Part shown: positions 47,764 through 56,815 of the stretch, one piece after another
Layout of the letters: the number at the start of each line of letters is the position of its first letter
How positions within the stretch are numbered: position 1 is the first letter of the stretch
From: an uncultured Cardiobacteriaceae bacterium
Lineage (GTDB): Bacteria > Pseudomonadota > Gammaproteobacteria > Cardiobacteriales > Cardiobacteriaceae
Direction of reading: 5' to 3'
Length of the DNA stretch: 64,000 nt
Assembly: GCA_963532425.1 (NCBI GenBank)
Contig: CAUSKK010000013.1
Coordinates: 3,931 to 67,930 of the forward strand
Made by a program: the position numbers and the translations under genes
Notes under the pieces: model-generated
Databases searched by the model: none
The model's input: the letters and a program-made list of their open reading frames with translations, nothing else
Told to the model about the DNA's origin: nothing

Positions 47764-48228
47764 ATGACTACCGTTCTCCTCTGGCTGCTGGTGGGCGGCC
47801 ATTTGCTTTTCTGGCTAGCCTATGACCGGCTGCTGACGAAGCGCTTCGGCCCGACCCTCCTGCGGGTGCGCCTGCGGCGGCGCTGGGTCGATGGCCTGTT
47901 CTTCGCCCTTATCCTCGGCGCGGCTCTGGCCAGCTGTGTCCAGTCCGGCCGCTGGGATTGGGCCCTGCCGCTGGCCCTGCTGCTGTTGCTGCTGCCGAGC
48001 TGGCGCCCGGCTTATTGGCAGCTGAAGGCCGACGGCTTCATCCTGGCCGGCCGCTACTGGCCCTACAGCACCCTGCAGCAAATACAGCTGGCCGATGACG
48101 GCGTTTTACATTTGACCTTGAATAATGGCGTGCAGCTGCCGCTGGCGGCGGTTAATTTGGACGAACTGGAGGCGGCGGCCTATTTCCTCGGCAGCGGTGA
48201 GCTGCCACCGACGGAGCAAAAACCATGA
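47764..48228 (+). CDS. yobD: YobD-like (DUF986) membrane protein
   Basis: 154 aa. 'YD......(F/N)GPTLL' and 'DDGVLHLTL' parallel E. coli YobD, which also follows manZ. Confidence 0.65.
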   Translation: MTTVLLWLLVGGHLLFWLAYDRLLTKRFGPTLLRVRLRRRWVDGLFFALILGAALASCVQSGRWDWALPLALLLLLLPSWRPAYWQLKADGFILAGRYWPYSTLQQIQLADDGVLHLTLNNGVQLPLAAVNLDELEAAAYFLGSGELPPTEQKP

Positions 48229-49430
48229 TTTACAAACTACACGGCACCCTTCAGCCCTATGACTGGGGCGGCTATGAATTCATTCCTAAACTGCTGGGCC
48301 AGAAACCGGGCGCGAAGCCGGCGGCGGAACTGTGGTTCGGCGACCACCCGGCGGCGCCGTCACTAATTGAAGTGGACGGCCAGCAATTACCTTTAAATGA
48401 ATGGCTGCCGGCCCATGCGGAAGAGGTGCTCAGCCCGGCCGCCCGGGAGCGCTTCGGCGACCGCTTGCCCTTCCTGCTGAAAATCCTCGACGTGCGTAAA
48501 CCCCTGTCCATTCAAGTGCACCCGGACAAGGCCCAGGCGGAAGCGGGCTTTGCCCGGGAGGAGGCGGCCCAAATTCCGCAAAATCTGCGCAACTATGTAG
48601 ACGACAATCACAAGCCCGAGAGCATGATTGCCCTCAGCGATTTCTGGCTGCTGCACGGCTTCGCGCTGCTGGCCACCATTGAAGAACGGCTGCAAGTGCG
48701 CCCCAGCCTGGCGCCGCTGCTGGCAATGCTGCAAAAGAATGGGCTGGAAGAGGCCTACCGCTGGGCCCTGCACGCGGCGCCGGAAGCATTGCGGCAGATG
48801 CTGGCACCGCTTCTAAAGGAAGACCCGAATCCCTGCGGCCCGGTGGACGCAGCCCGTGCCGCCGACCCGGACTACTGGCTGAATCGCACCGTCGGCGCCC
48901 TCAATCTACGGCTGGAAGCTCTCGACCCGGGCCTGCTCTGTTTCTATCTCTTTAACATCGTGACGCTCAAGCCGGGCGAGGGCATCTTCCAGGCGGCACG
49001 GCTGCCCCATGCCTATCTGTATGGCCAGAATGTGGAGCTGATGGCTGCGTCCAACAATGTGCTGCGCGCCGGCCTAACTAGTAAACACGTGGATAAGGAG
49101 GAACTGCTGCGGGTGGTGGATTGCACGCCGCTAACGCCGGCAATTATCCCCGCGCCACCGGACGGTAACCTTTACACCTACCCAGCGCCAGTGGCCGATT
49201 ACCGGCTGGAAAGTCTAACTTTGGCCGCTAACGCCAGTTCCACCTGGTCAAATCCGGAAGTAACGGTACTGCTGAGTCTAAGCGGCCGGCTGGAACTTGG
49301 CGCCGGCGCCACCCACCTAATCCTTAATCCCGGCGAAGCAGTCCTAATTTCCGCCGGCACTCCGGTTCAGCTCCGTGCTGACAGCGGGGCCGTTCGATTG
49401 GCACTGGCGAGCCTGCCGCCGCTAGTTTGA
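48225..49430 (+). CDS. manA: mannose-6-phosphate isomerase, class I
   Basis: 'YDWG', 'ELW.G.HP..PS', 'LPFL.K.L....PLSIQVHP', 'N.....HKPE' and 'H.Y..G...E.MA.SDNVLRAGLT.K' are type I PMI motifs. Confidence 0.92.
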   Translation: MIYKLHGTLQPYDWGGYEFIPKLLGQKPGAKPAAELWFGDHPAAPSLIEVDGQQLPLNEWLPAHAEEVLSPAARERFGDRLPFLLKILDVRKPLSIQVHPDKAQAEAGFAREEAAQIPQNLRNYVDDNHKPESMIALSDFWLLHGFALLATIEERLQVRPSLAPLLAMLQKNGLEEAYRWALHAAPEALRQMLAPLLKEDPNPCGPVDAARAADPDYWLNRTVGALNLRLEALDPGLLCFYLFNIVTLKPGEGIFQAARLPHAYLYGQNVELMAASNNVLRAGLTSKHVDKEELLRVVDCTPLTPAIIPAPPDGNLYTYPAPVADYRLESLTLAANASSTWSNPEVTVLLSLSGRLELGAGATHLILNPGEAVLISAGTPVQLRADSGAVRLALASLPPLV

Positions 49431-49452
49431 ACCGTTAGATTTTTTCTAAAAC

Positions 49453-49478
49453 AAAGCCCTTTATTAAGGGCTTTTTAA
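49453..49478 (+). terminator. AT-rich intrinsic terminator at the left edge of the low-GC islet
   Basis: AAAGCCCTT-TATT-AAGGGCTTT followed by TTAAT. Confidence 0.65.
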
Positions 49479-49568
49479 TACTTTTACGAATTATTTAAAA
49501 GATTTTTACTCCTGGCATAAAAAATGCTCCTGCTTAAAATTAATAAATTTATTAAGGAAATAAAAAAA

Positions 49569-49979
49569 ATGACAGAAACAAACAATAGTAAGTCAGATAA
49601 GGAAAAATTAGATGAAATTCTAAGCACAATAGAGGAGGAAAATTATCTACTAACTAAAGATTATTTTGAACTAGAAACAGAACTAGAAAAATATTTCCAA
49701 ATTTGCACTTCTATTGTTGATAAAAATTTAAATTTAAAAAATGAAGCAGAATATGTTGCTGGCTTAATAAATGAGTTATTAGGTAAAACTGAAGACGCAA
49801 TAAATTTATTTCAGTCTGTTGTTGACGATAAAAATACTTCTAGCTATCCATACAAAAATAGTCTAGTTCGTCTCTTTCTTCAATTAACTCGCTCTTGGGA
49901 AGAAAACTTCTCTATAAGAGTAAAAGAAAAAAAGAAAGAAGACAAATATCTGCCACTAACTAAAGAAGAGCTTTTTTAA
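49569..49979 (+). CDS. islet ORF1: helical/TPR-like hypothetical protein (possibly the N-terminal part of one larger gene)
   Basis: ATG 49569 has an AAGGAA RBS; the ORF-track start 49524 has none. K/E/N/L-rich helical sequence. Ends at TAA directly after a T6 run. Confidence 0.6.
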   Translation: MTETNNSKSDKEKLDEILSTIEEENYLLTKDYFELETELEKYFQICTSIVDKNLNLKNEAEYVAGLINELLGKTEDAINLFQSVVDDKNTSSYPYKNSLVRLFLQLTRSWEENFSIRVKEKKKEDKYLPLTKEELF

Positions 49980-50074
49980 TAAATCAAATTAAAAAACTAT
50001 TTCTTGAAATAAAAAATATATTTATTAGCCAAGAATTAGATATAAGTATTTCTTTTTCAGAAATTTTATTACGG

Positions 50075-51379
50075 ATGTCCAGCGTGGTAGCAATAGAAGA
50101 TTTATTAGATAATAAGAAAGTTACCAATGAAAGAAAGAAATATCTTGAAAAAATATTAGAAATTAACAACGACGATGATAAATATAAAACTATAGCTAGA
50201 CATCATTTGGCAATGAACTTGACCGAAGACATTATTGCAAATAATGAATATATGGATAGTAATAAACTTGAAGAAAGGATTAGACATATTAAAGAAAACC
50301 TTAAATCCATATCACACGACAATATCGTCCTAGAAAAAATTCTAGATGCTATTGGTATAAGTAATAAAATATTTTATTTTTTATTAAAGGCCTATTTTTT
50401 TGTTAATAAAATTAAAAATAATTTAAAAATTCCAAAACCCAAAAATATAATGGACTATCTAATACATGAAACAAAAGTAGCTCACTATACCTCACCGTTA
50501 ATTGCTTACGAATTAATACATCAAGATTGTTCAAGAGTAAGATTAAATACAATAAATTACGTAAATGATCCTACTGAAGGTGTAGTTATAAGAAAATATT
50601 TAGGATTAAATCCTAGCAAAGATCCTTCTTATAATATGGGAGTCTTTATTTGTTGCTTTACTTTTAATTATGACAGTTTAAATCAATTTAGATTATATGG
50701 AAAAAATAATGGAATCGAAGCATCTGGTGTAAGTATCATTTTTAATAATGACTTCTTCAATAATAGCCATTATGAAGATAATTCTTTGATATATTCTAAT
50801 GACAAAGAAAATAATAATCAAAAGATAAGACTATATAGATGCATTTATATTGAGCCTAATAGTAATTATTTTCGCCTATCTAGACGCGACGAAATTACCT
50901 TCTATAAACAGTATAGAGATGAATTAAAACAAAATGAAATTGATAAGTTATGGATAGATTATAATGATCAAATCAACGAAATAGAAAGTGATATAAAAAA
51001 CCATCTTTATAGTATAAATAAATGTATTGAAAATATAAAAAATATCATGGATAAGGAAAAATATAAATCTGATATAAAAGATAATATTTTTAATATTATT
51101 AACGCAATAATATTGCCTTTACAATATTTAGTAAAACACGCTGCTTTTCAAGAGGAGCAGGAATGTAGAGTTATATATCTAATAGATAAGACAAATGATA
51201 AAATAAAAAAGAATATAGATAAAAAACTGATCTATGTTGAATATGTATCAGATACAAAAAAATATATAGATAAAATTTATTTTTCTCCTGGTGCGAAAGA
51301 TTATAAAGATTTTTTTGTATCTAAAGACTTTCCTGAATCTAAATTAAAAGATTCTTTAAATCCCTTTCGGAATAAATAA
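50075..51379 (+). CDS. islet ORF2: DUF2971-like protein (434 aa)
   Basis: Motif order 'YVNDPTEG', 'FICCFTFNYDSLNQFRLYG', 'SGVSIIFNNDFF', 'KHAAFQEEQECRVIY', 'IDKIYFSPG' matches my memory of DUF2971. No SD before ATG 50075, and the frame is open back to 49964. Confidence 0.75.
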   Translation: MSSVVAIEDLLDNKKVTNERKKYLEKILEINNDDDKYKTIARHHLAMNLTEDIIANNEYMDSNKLEERIRHIKENLKSISHDNIVLEKILDAIGISNKIFYFLLKAYFFVNKIKNNLKIPKPKNIMDYLIHETKVAHYTSPLIAYELIHQDCSRVRLNTINYVNDPTEGVVIRKYLGLNPSKDPSYNMGVFICCFTFNYDSLNQFRLYGKNNGIEASGVSIIFNNDFFNNSHYEDNSLIYSNDKENNNQKIRLYRCIYIEPNSNYFRLSRRDEITFYKQYRDELKQNEIDKLWIDYNDQINEIESDIKNHLYSINKCIENIKNIMDKEKYKSDIKDNIFNIINAIILPLQYLVKHAAFQEEQECRVIYLIDKTNDKIKKNIDKKLIYVEYVSDTKKYIDKIYFSPGAKDYKDFFVSKDFPESKLKDSLNPFRNK

Positions 51380-51466
51380 TCTAAATTATAGCAATTAATT
51401 TCAAATTTTAATTCTGTTTTATGAGCTAGCCAGCGAGAAATAAGTTGGCGTCATTCTGCCAGGCTA

Positions 51467-51838
51467 ATGGGAGGCATCTGGCTTTTCGCTCTGGCCCTAT
51501 TTCTTCTCCAATTAATCCTACCGGATCGGGCCGGTCGCGGGCCGGTGCAGACGGTCTTCTTTCTTGTACTAATCCTGCTGACCCTGCCCAGCACGCTGCT
51601 GCTCCTGGCCGACTGGCTGCGCGGGCAGCTCCGGGGCCGGGCCGGCATTCTGGCCGCCTATCTGCTATTTGTCGCTGCCGTCGCTGGCATCGGTGCCCTC
51701 ATTGGTTCTTTGCTGCTCCAGCCGGTGCCACTGCTGCCGCTGAAACCGGTCATCTTTGTTCATCTGCTGCTGGCGTTGGGACTGCTGGTCTGCACGCTGG
51801 GCGCACCGCCGGCCAAATTGCCTTGGCCTTCCCGTTAA
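51467..51838 (+). CDS. truncated paralogue of the 53291..53942 membrane-protein gene
   Basis: 123 aa, ~85% nt identity by eye to 53414-53790. Homology starts exactly at the islet edge. Lacks the N- and C-terminal parts of the longer copy. Confidence 0.55.
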   Translation: MGGIWLFALALFLLQLILPDRAGRGPVQTVFFLVLILLTLPSTLLLLADWLRGQLRGRAGILAAYLLFVAAVAGIGALIGSLLLQPVPLLPLKPVIFVHLLLALGLLVCTLGAPPAKLPWPSR

Positions 51839-51877
51839 ATACAAACGCTAGAAGCGTTTTTAGCGTCGGTAAATGCC

Positions 51878-52615
51878 CTAGGGCTTACGGAAGGTGATGC
51901 AATAGAAGCGCCTGTCCCAGAGCAGTTCGGTTCGCCGCTCCTGCACGGTCGCGGGAATGCAGGCCTCAATGGCCGCCAAATCGACGGTGGCGTCGGTGAA
52001 ATAGCGCTTCGATAGCGCGCTCTTCTTGTACTGCTCCTCCACATAGTCGGCCGTCTCGTCGGCAATCAGCAGCTTCGTGCCAGGCTTGGCCACCCGCAGC
52101 ATCTCGCGCACCGCCCGGGCCTTGTCGCTGAAGAAATTAATGCCGCCCACGTGGAAGACCCCGTCGAAGCTATTATCGGCGAAGGGCAAATCCTCGGCGG
52201 CGCAGTTCACCAGGGTCAGCTGCGCCCGCTTGGCCCAGCGGGCCGCGCAGCGCTTGAGCATGCCCAGGGAAATGTCCACGCCCGTCAGCGCGATGGTTTG
52301 CAAATCCACCCCGGCGGGCAGGTAGGCCAGGTCGGCGCCGGTGCCGATGGACACATAGAGCATGGCGCTGCCCGGTACCCAGGGCAGCTGGCTCATCAGC
52401 TGCCGGCGCATCTCGGCAATGGAGTTGCCGTACTTAAGGCGGCCCAGCCAGCGCTCGGCGAAATCGTAGCCCAGCGCCATCCAGTTATACATCTTCATGT
52501 ACTTTCTATTGTCGCCCTGGAGATAGGCCGGATTCTCATAGATATAAATGCCCTGCTCCCGCCGCAGGCGGGCCCCGTCAATGTCCGCCCGCAATTTCTC
52601 CAGCCCGTTAGCCAT
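51878..52615 (-). CDS. class I SAM-dependent methyltransferase
   Basis: 'LYVSIGTGAD' motif I, 'GVDIS..ML', 'DLPF.D.SFD.V' and 'R.AKPG..L'. ATG 52615 overlaps the upstream stop (ATGGCTAA). Confidence 0.8.
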   Translation of the reverse strand: MANGLEKLRADIDGARLRREQGIYIYENPAYLQGDNRKYMKMYNWMALGYDFAERWLGRLKYGNSIAEMRRQLMSQLPWVPGSAMLYVSIGTGADLAYLPAGVDLQTIALTGVDISLGMLKRCAARWAKRAQLTLVNCAAEDLPFADNSFDGVFHVGGINFFSDKARAVREMLRVAKPGTKLLIADETADYVEEQYKKSALSKRYFTDATVDLAAIEACIPATVQERRTELLWDRRFYCITFRKP

Positions 52616-53150
52616 CACTTTTCTCTTTAACCTCCTTGTACTCGCCGTCCGCGTCGGGGCAGAAGGTCTGCGTGGCTTCCTCCCGGAATTGCTGGCCGTC
52701 CCAGACGTACTGGGTTTCGCTGGCGCAGCCCAGGCCGCCGGCCCGGCCGCCGCCCTCGATGACGCCGCGACCGTCCCTGTTGCTGTAGTCGTAGCCGTCG
52801 TCGATGGGCACCCGCTCCTTCAGCTGACGCTTTTCGTCCAGCAACGCGAATAAATCGGCGCCGTTGTAGCTGCTCGACCAGCAGGGCATCTGCGCCAGCC
52901 AGATTTTGTCGTTCAGTGGGTAGAGGGAAATGGGCGCTTCGGCGGCGGGGCGATTACATTTATAGTCCTCCTCCAGCGGCGCCTCTAGCCGCGTGCGCAG
53001 CTCCTGGTAATCATCGGCCGTGGGTTTAATGACCTCCGGGCTGGTACGGGGCACCGGCGCCGCTCTGACCGGCTTCTCCTGAGCCGTTGGCGTTGGTGTG
53101 GCAGCGCTGGCCACGGCGCTGATCAGGCATAGGGTGATTAGTTTTTTCAT
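52608..53150 (-). CDS. secreted Cys-containing hypothetical protein (possibly DUF1176-like)
   Basis: Signal peptide 'MKKLITLCLISAVASA', five Cys, 'CWSSSYNG'. The family guess is weak. Confidence 0.6.
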   Translation of the reverse strand: MKKLITLCLISAVASAATPTPTAQEKPVRAAPVPRTSPEVIKPTADDYQELRTRLEAPLEEDYKCNRPAAEAPISLYPLNDKIWLAQMPCWSSSYNGADLFALLDEKRQLKERVPIDDGYDYSNRDGRGVIEGGGRAGGLGCASETQYVWDGQQFREEATQTFCPDADGEYKEVKEKSDG

Positions 53151-53290
53151 CGAGTTACTCCTTAGAAAATCTACATTTTAGGAACTTTAGGCGCCGGCGG
53201 TCCCGGTGCTGCGCTTTTTTAACTCCCAATTCCTACGGGGAAGCGCTTCGTTGTTGATAAAGCCCCGGGAATTTTTGCTTAAATGGGGCC

Positions 53291-53942
53291 ATGAACACTA
53301 GAAACACTGCCCTAACATTGGCCACCCTCGGCTTCAGCGCCGCCCTCGCCGCCAACGACGACCCCAACCGCCGGACCCGGGCCCGCCGCCGCAAAGCAGC
53401 CCGCCGGCACCGTTCCGCCCGGCTAATCGGGGGCATCTGGCTGTTCACCCTCGCCCTGTTTCTTCTCCAATTAATCCTGCCGGCCGACGCCGGCCGCGCG
53501 CCGGTGCAGAATGTCTTCTTTCTCGTCCTAATTCTGCTGGCGCTGCCCAGCACGCTGCTGCTCCTGGCCGACGAGCTACGCGGGCGGCTTCGGGGCCGGG
53601 CCGGCATTCTGGCCACCTACCTGCTCTTCGTTGCCGCCCGCCGGCATCGGTGCCCTCATCGGTTCTCTACTGCTTCGGCCGGTGCCCCTGCTGCCACTGA
53701 AGCTGGTCATCTTTGTTCATCTGCTGCTGATACTGGGCCTGCTGGCCAGCACGCTGGTTGCCGGCCTGACCGCCCTGCTAGGGTGGCTTTACCTGAAGGT
53801 TTACGGCCGGGCGCCGGGGCCGCTGCTGGGGCTGTTATTGAACCTGCTCAGTCTGGCCGGCGTCTACACGCTGGCCCAGCTGCTGAACCACCGGCTGCCA
53901 CTGGATAGCTGGCTGAATTTCCTCTGGCTTTTTCGTCTCTAG
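53291..53942 (+). pseudogene. polytopic membrane-protein gene split by a frameshift near 53634-53645
   Basis: Frame 1 (53291-~53640) and frame 2 (53631-53942) together align to the paralogue 51467..51838. The copy here reads GTTGCCGCCCGCCGGCATCGG where the paralogue has GTCGCTGCCGTCGCTGGCATCGG, a 2-nt difference. Confidence 0.7.
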
Positions 53943-53953
53943 CCATTAGCGAG

Positions 53954-54413
53954 GAAGCGCTTCAACCGGAGCAGATTTAGAAAGGGGGAGCGCTTCGTTC
54001 TGGAACGCGGCTCCCGGCCGAGAAAACCAACTGGAGCAAATCCAGCCGAAGCGCTTCGGTTTTAGCCGGCTCGGGCCGGGGGGAAACGGCTTCAGAGGGG
54101 AAGCGCTTCGTTCTAGAGAGCCCAGCTTCGGCCCCGGCGCCCAGAAAAGCCATTGCCAACGAAGCGCTTCGGTTTAGCGCTGTAGATTGCTTAGGAGGGA
54201 GCGCTTCGACTGGTGGGGCCAATGGAGTGAAGCGCTTCGTTTGGGGAGACGGGAAACCCCGGCCCGATGGGGAACGGGGAGCGCTTCGGCAACCCCATTG
54301 GAGAGGAAGCGCTTCCCCAGAACGAAGCGCTTCGGTTTGAACCCAAAGAAGGAAGCGCTTCCGGCCGGCCCCGGGCAACGAAGGCTTCCGGCCGGCCCAG
54401 GGGGAAGCGCTTC
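53954..54413. repeat. array F of GAAGCGCTTC palindromes (9 exact plus 4 variant)
   Basis: Manual scan of the 3'-3' gap before ahpF. Confidence 0.9.
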
Positions 54414-54420
54414 TCTGCCT

Positions 54421-54446
54421 AAAAAAAACGCCGCCCGGCGGCGGCG
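54421..54446 (-). terminator. intrinsic terminator after ahpF
   Basis: The minus strand reads CGCCGCC-GCCG-GGCGGCG followed by T8. Confidence 0.8.
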
Positions 54447-54452
54447 CGGGGG

Positions 54453-56009
54453 TTAGCCCTGGCGTTGCAAATAGTCAAAGGCGCTGAGGGCGGCCTTGGC
54501 GCCCTCGCCCATGGCGATGATGATTTGCTTATAGGGAACGGTGCTCACGTCGCCGGCGGCAAAGAGGCCGGGAATGTTGGTTTCACACTTGGCGTTGATG
54601 ACCACCTCTCCGGCCGGCGTCCGTTCCACCTCGGCGCCGAGGAAATCGCCGTTCGGCACCAGGCCAATCTGGACGAAGACCCCGGCCAGGGGCAGCGACC
54701 GTAGCTGCTGGCTGGCCCGGTCGAGGTAGTCGATGCGGCTGACGGTGCCGTTTTCACTGTGAATGGCCTGCACCGCCGCCTCGGTGATAACGCGGATATT
54801 GGCGCGCCGGCCCAGCTGTTCCACCAGCACTTTGTCGGCCTTCAGCGTCGGCTGGAATTCCAGCAGGGTTACGCTGCCCACCATATTGGCCAGGTCCAGC
54901 GCCGCCTCCACGCCGGAGTTGCCGCCGCCGACCACGGCAATGTCCTTGCCCTTGAAGAAGGGGCCGTCGCAGTGGGGGCAGAAGGCCACGCCGCTGCCGA
55001 TGTTTTCCCGTTCGCCGGGCACGCCCAGTTCCCGCCATTTGGCGCCGCTGGCGACGATGACCGTGCGGCTTTCCAGCACCTCGCCGCTGTTCAGGGTGAG
55101 GCGGAAGCCCGGCCCTAGCGTTTCCAGCTTGGCCACGCGCAGGTTCTCGCGGCGGTTGATGTTATAGGCCTCGAGGTGGCGCTGGAGGTTCTGGGCCAGC
55201 TCGGTGCCGGTGGTTTTGACCGTGGCGATGAGGTTTTCAATGTCCACCGTGTCCTTGACCTGGCCGCCGATGCGGTCGGCCACTAGCGCCACCTTCAGGC
55301 CCTTGCGCGCCGCATAGATGGCCGCCGAGGCTCCGGCCGGGCCGCCGCCAATGACCACCACGTCCTGCAGGGGAAGCGCTTCGTCCGGAGCGCCGGCCGC
55401 CAGCTCCGGCTGCCGTTCCAGCAGCTTGGCCACCAGCGTGGCCGGGTCAATCTTGCCGTTGGCGAAGGATTCGCCGTTGAGGAAGACCGCCGGCACGCCC
55501 TGGATATTGCGGCGCTCGATTTCCTCGGGATAGAGGCCGCCGTCAATCATTTCGCTGCTAATCAGAGGGTTAAGCAGGGCGAACTGGTTCAGGGTCTGCA
55601 CCACGTCCGGGCAGTTGTGGCAGGAGAGGGAGACGAAAGTCTCAAAGCGCAGCGGCGTCCGGACGGCCCTGATGAGCTTCTGAATGCCCGCGTCCAGCTT
55701 GGGCGGGTGGCCGCCGGCCTGGAGCAGGGCCAGTATCAGCGAGGAAAACTCGTGGCCGCCGGGAATGCCGCTGAAGACGATGCCGGTGGGCTCGCCGTCG
55801 ACGATGAGGGCAAAGCTCAGCGGCGAGCGCAGGGGCAGGGCCGCCGCCGTAACGAAGAGGTGTTCCGAGGTGCTGGCCAGCTGCTGGAGAAACTGTTCCA
55901 AGGCCGGCCGCTGGGGGTGTTCGCCCGGAGCCAGAGCCAGGCTGACATCTTTCTGGAGCTTGGCCAGATGGCCGCGCACCGCCGCTAGCATTTCATTATC
56001 TAAAAGCAT
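54453..56009 (-). CDS. ahpF: alkyl hydroperoxide reductase subunit F
   Basis: 518 aa. 'CHNCPDVV' and 'CPHCDGPFF' redox centres. 'VIGGGPAG' and 'VVGGGNSG' Rossmann motifs. Confidence 0.96.
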   Translation of the reverse strand: MLLDNEMLAAVRGHLAKLQKDVSLALAPGEHPQRPALEQFLQQLASTSEHLFVTAAALPLRSPLSFALIVDGEPTGIVFSGIPGGHEFSSLILALLQAGGHPPKLDAGIQKLIRAVRTPLRFETFVSLSCHNCPDVVQTLNQFALLNPLISSEMIDGGLYPEEIERRNIQGVPAVFLNGESFANGKIDPATLVAKLLERQPELAAGAPDEALPLQDVVVIGGGPAGASAAIYAARKGLKVALVADRIGGQVKDTVDIENLIATVKTTGTELAQNLQRHLEAYNINRRENLRVAKLETLGPGFRLTLNSGEVLESRTVIVASGAKWRELGVPGERENIGSGVAFCPHCDGPFFKGKDIAVVGGGNSGVEAALDLANMVGSVTLLEFQPTLKADKVLVEQLGRRANIRVITEAAVQAIHSENGTVSRIDYLDRASQQLRSLPLAGVFVQIGLVPNGDFLGAEVERTPAGEVVINAKCETNIPGLFAAGDVSTVPYKQIIIAMGEGAKAALSAFDYLQRQG

Positions 56010-56104
56010 TTTTCTATTTCCTTTGATTATTTAAATGGTAAAGGGGAAAAAAGAAGCGCCGAAGCGCTTCAAGGGTTTATCACAGAGGTATTTATTGAGG
56101 AAAT

Positions 56105-56674
56105 TTAAATTTTGCCGATGAGGTCGAGGCTGGGTTTCAGGGTTTCCTGGCCGGCCTCCCAGGCGGCCGGGCAGACTTCGCCGTCGTGGCTGGCCACATA
56201 CTGGGCGGCCTTGACCTTGCGCAGCATGTCCTTGGCACTGCGGCCGATGCCGTTGTCGTGGATTTCGGCCACCTTAATTTGACCCTCGGGATTGACCAGG
56301 AAGGTGCCCCGCAGGGCCACGCCCTCCTCCTCAATCATGACGTCGAAGAAGCGCGCCAGCTGGCCGGTGGGGTCGCCGAGCATGGGGTATTTAATTTTAC
56401 CGATGGCGTCGCTGTGGTCGTGCCAGGCCTTGTGGGTGAAATGGGTGTCGCAGGAGACGGCGTAGACTTCCACGCCTAGGCTTTTCAGCTCGTCATAGTG
56501 CTTCTGCATGTCCTCCAGCTCGGTGGGGCAGACGAAGGTAAAGTCGGCCGGATAGAAGAGGAAAATCGACCAGTGGCCGAGCACGTCGGCGGTGCTGACG
56601 GTGCCGAGCTCGTCCTTGCCGGCCAGGTAGGCCTGGGCGGTGAACTGGGGAAGGGTTCTATTGATGATTGGCAT
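56105..56674 (-). CDS. ahpC: peroxiredoxin AhpC
   Basis: 'FFYPADFTFVCPTE' peroxidatic Cys motif and C-terminal 'GEVCPA'. Confidence 0.96.
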   Translation of the reverse strand: MPIINRTLPQFTAQAYLAGKDELGTVSTADVLGHWSIFLFYPADFTFVCPTELEDMQKHYDELKSLGVEVYAVSCDTHFTHKAWHDHSDAIGKIKYPMLGDPTGQLARFFDVMIEEEGVALRGTFLVNPEGQIKVAEIHDNGIGRSAKDMLRKVKAAQYVASHDGEVCPAAWEAGQETLKPSLDLIGKI

Positions 56675-56815
56675 AACTGCTCCTAAAATGAGTTTCCGAT
56701 AAATTTTTCCGAATTATACCGCCGTCCGTGGCGGCTGCAAGCGGAAATTTTCGATTTTGTCATTCTGTTTTCTTTATATAGAATGGTTTGATGATTAATT
56801 TCTATAAATAGGAAA
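56675..56815. promoter_or_regulatory. divergent ahpC / oxyR control region
   Basis: AT-rich 140-bp spacer between divergent ahpC and oxyR. No OxyR site could be defined by eye. Confidence 0.4.

Larger units (their letters stand above)
49431..51460. other. low-GC (~20-27%) inserted islet with no mobility genes
   Basis: GC counted on sample lines: 18% at 50341-50400 and 27% at 50581-50640, against ~65-70% in both flanks. The switch is abrupt, within ~10 bp of the manA stop and at ~51425-51465. Confidence 0.9.

Noticed and set aside
49435-51384. Possible terminal inverted repeats of the islet (TTAGATT at 49435-49441 and AATCTAA at 51378-51384), which would suggest a MITE or IS-like element.
   Set aside because: A 7-bp match in ~22% GC DNA is expected by chance. 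There are no target-site duplications and no transposase. I therefore call it an islet, not a mobile element.
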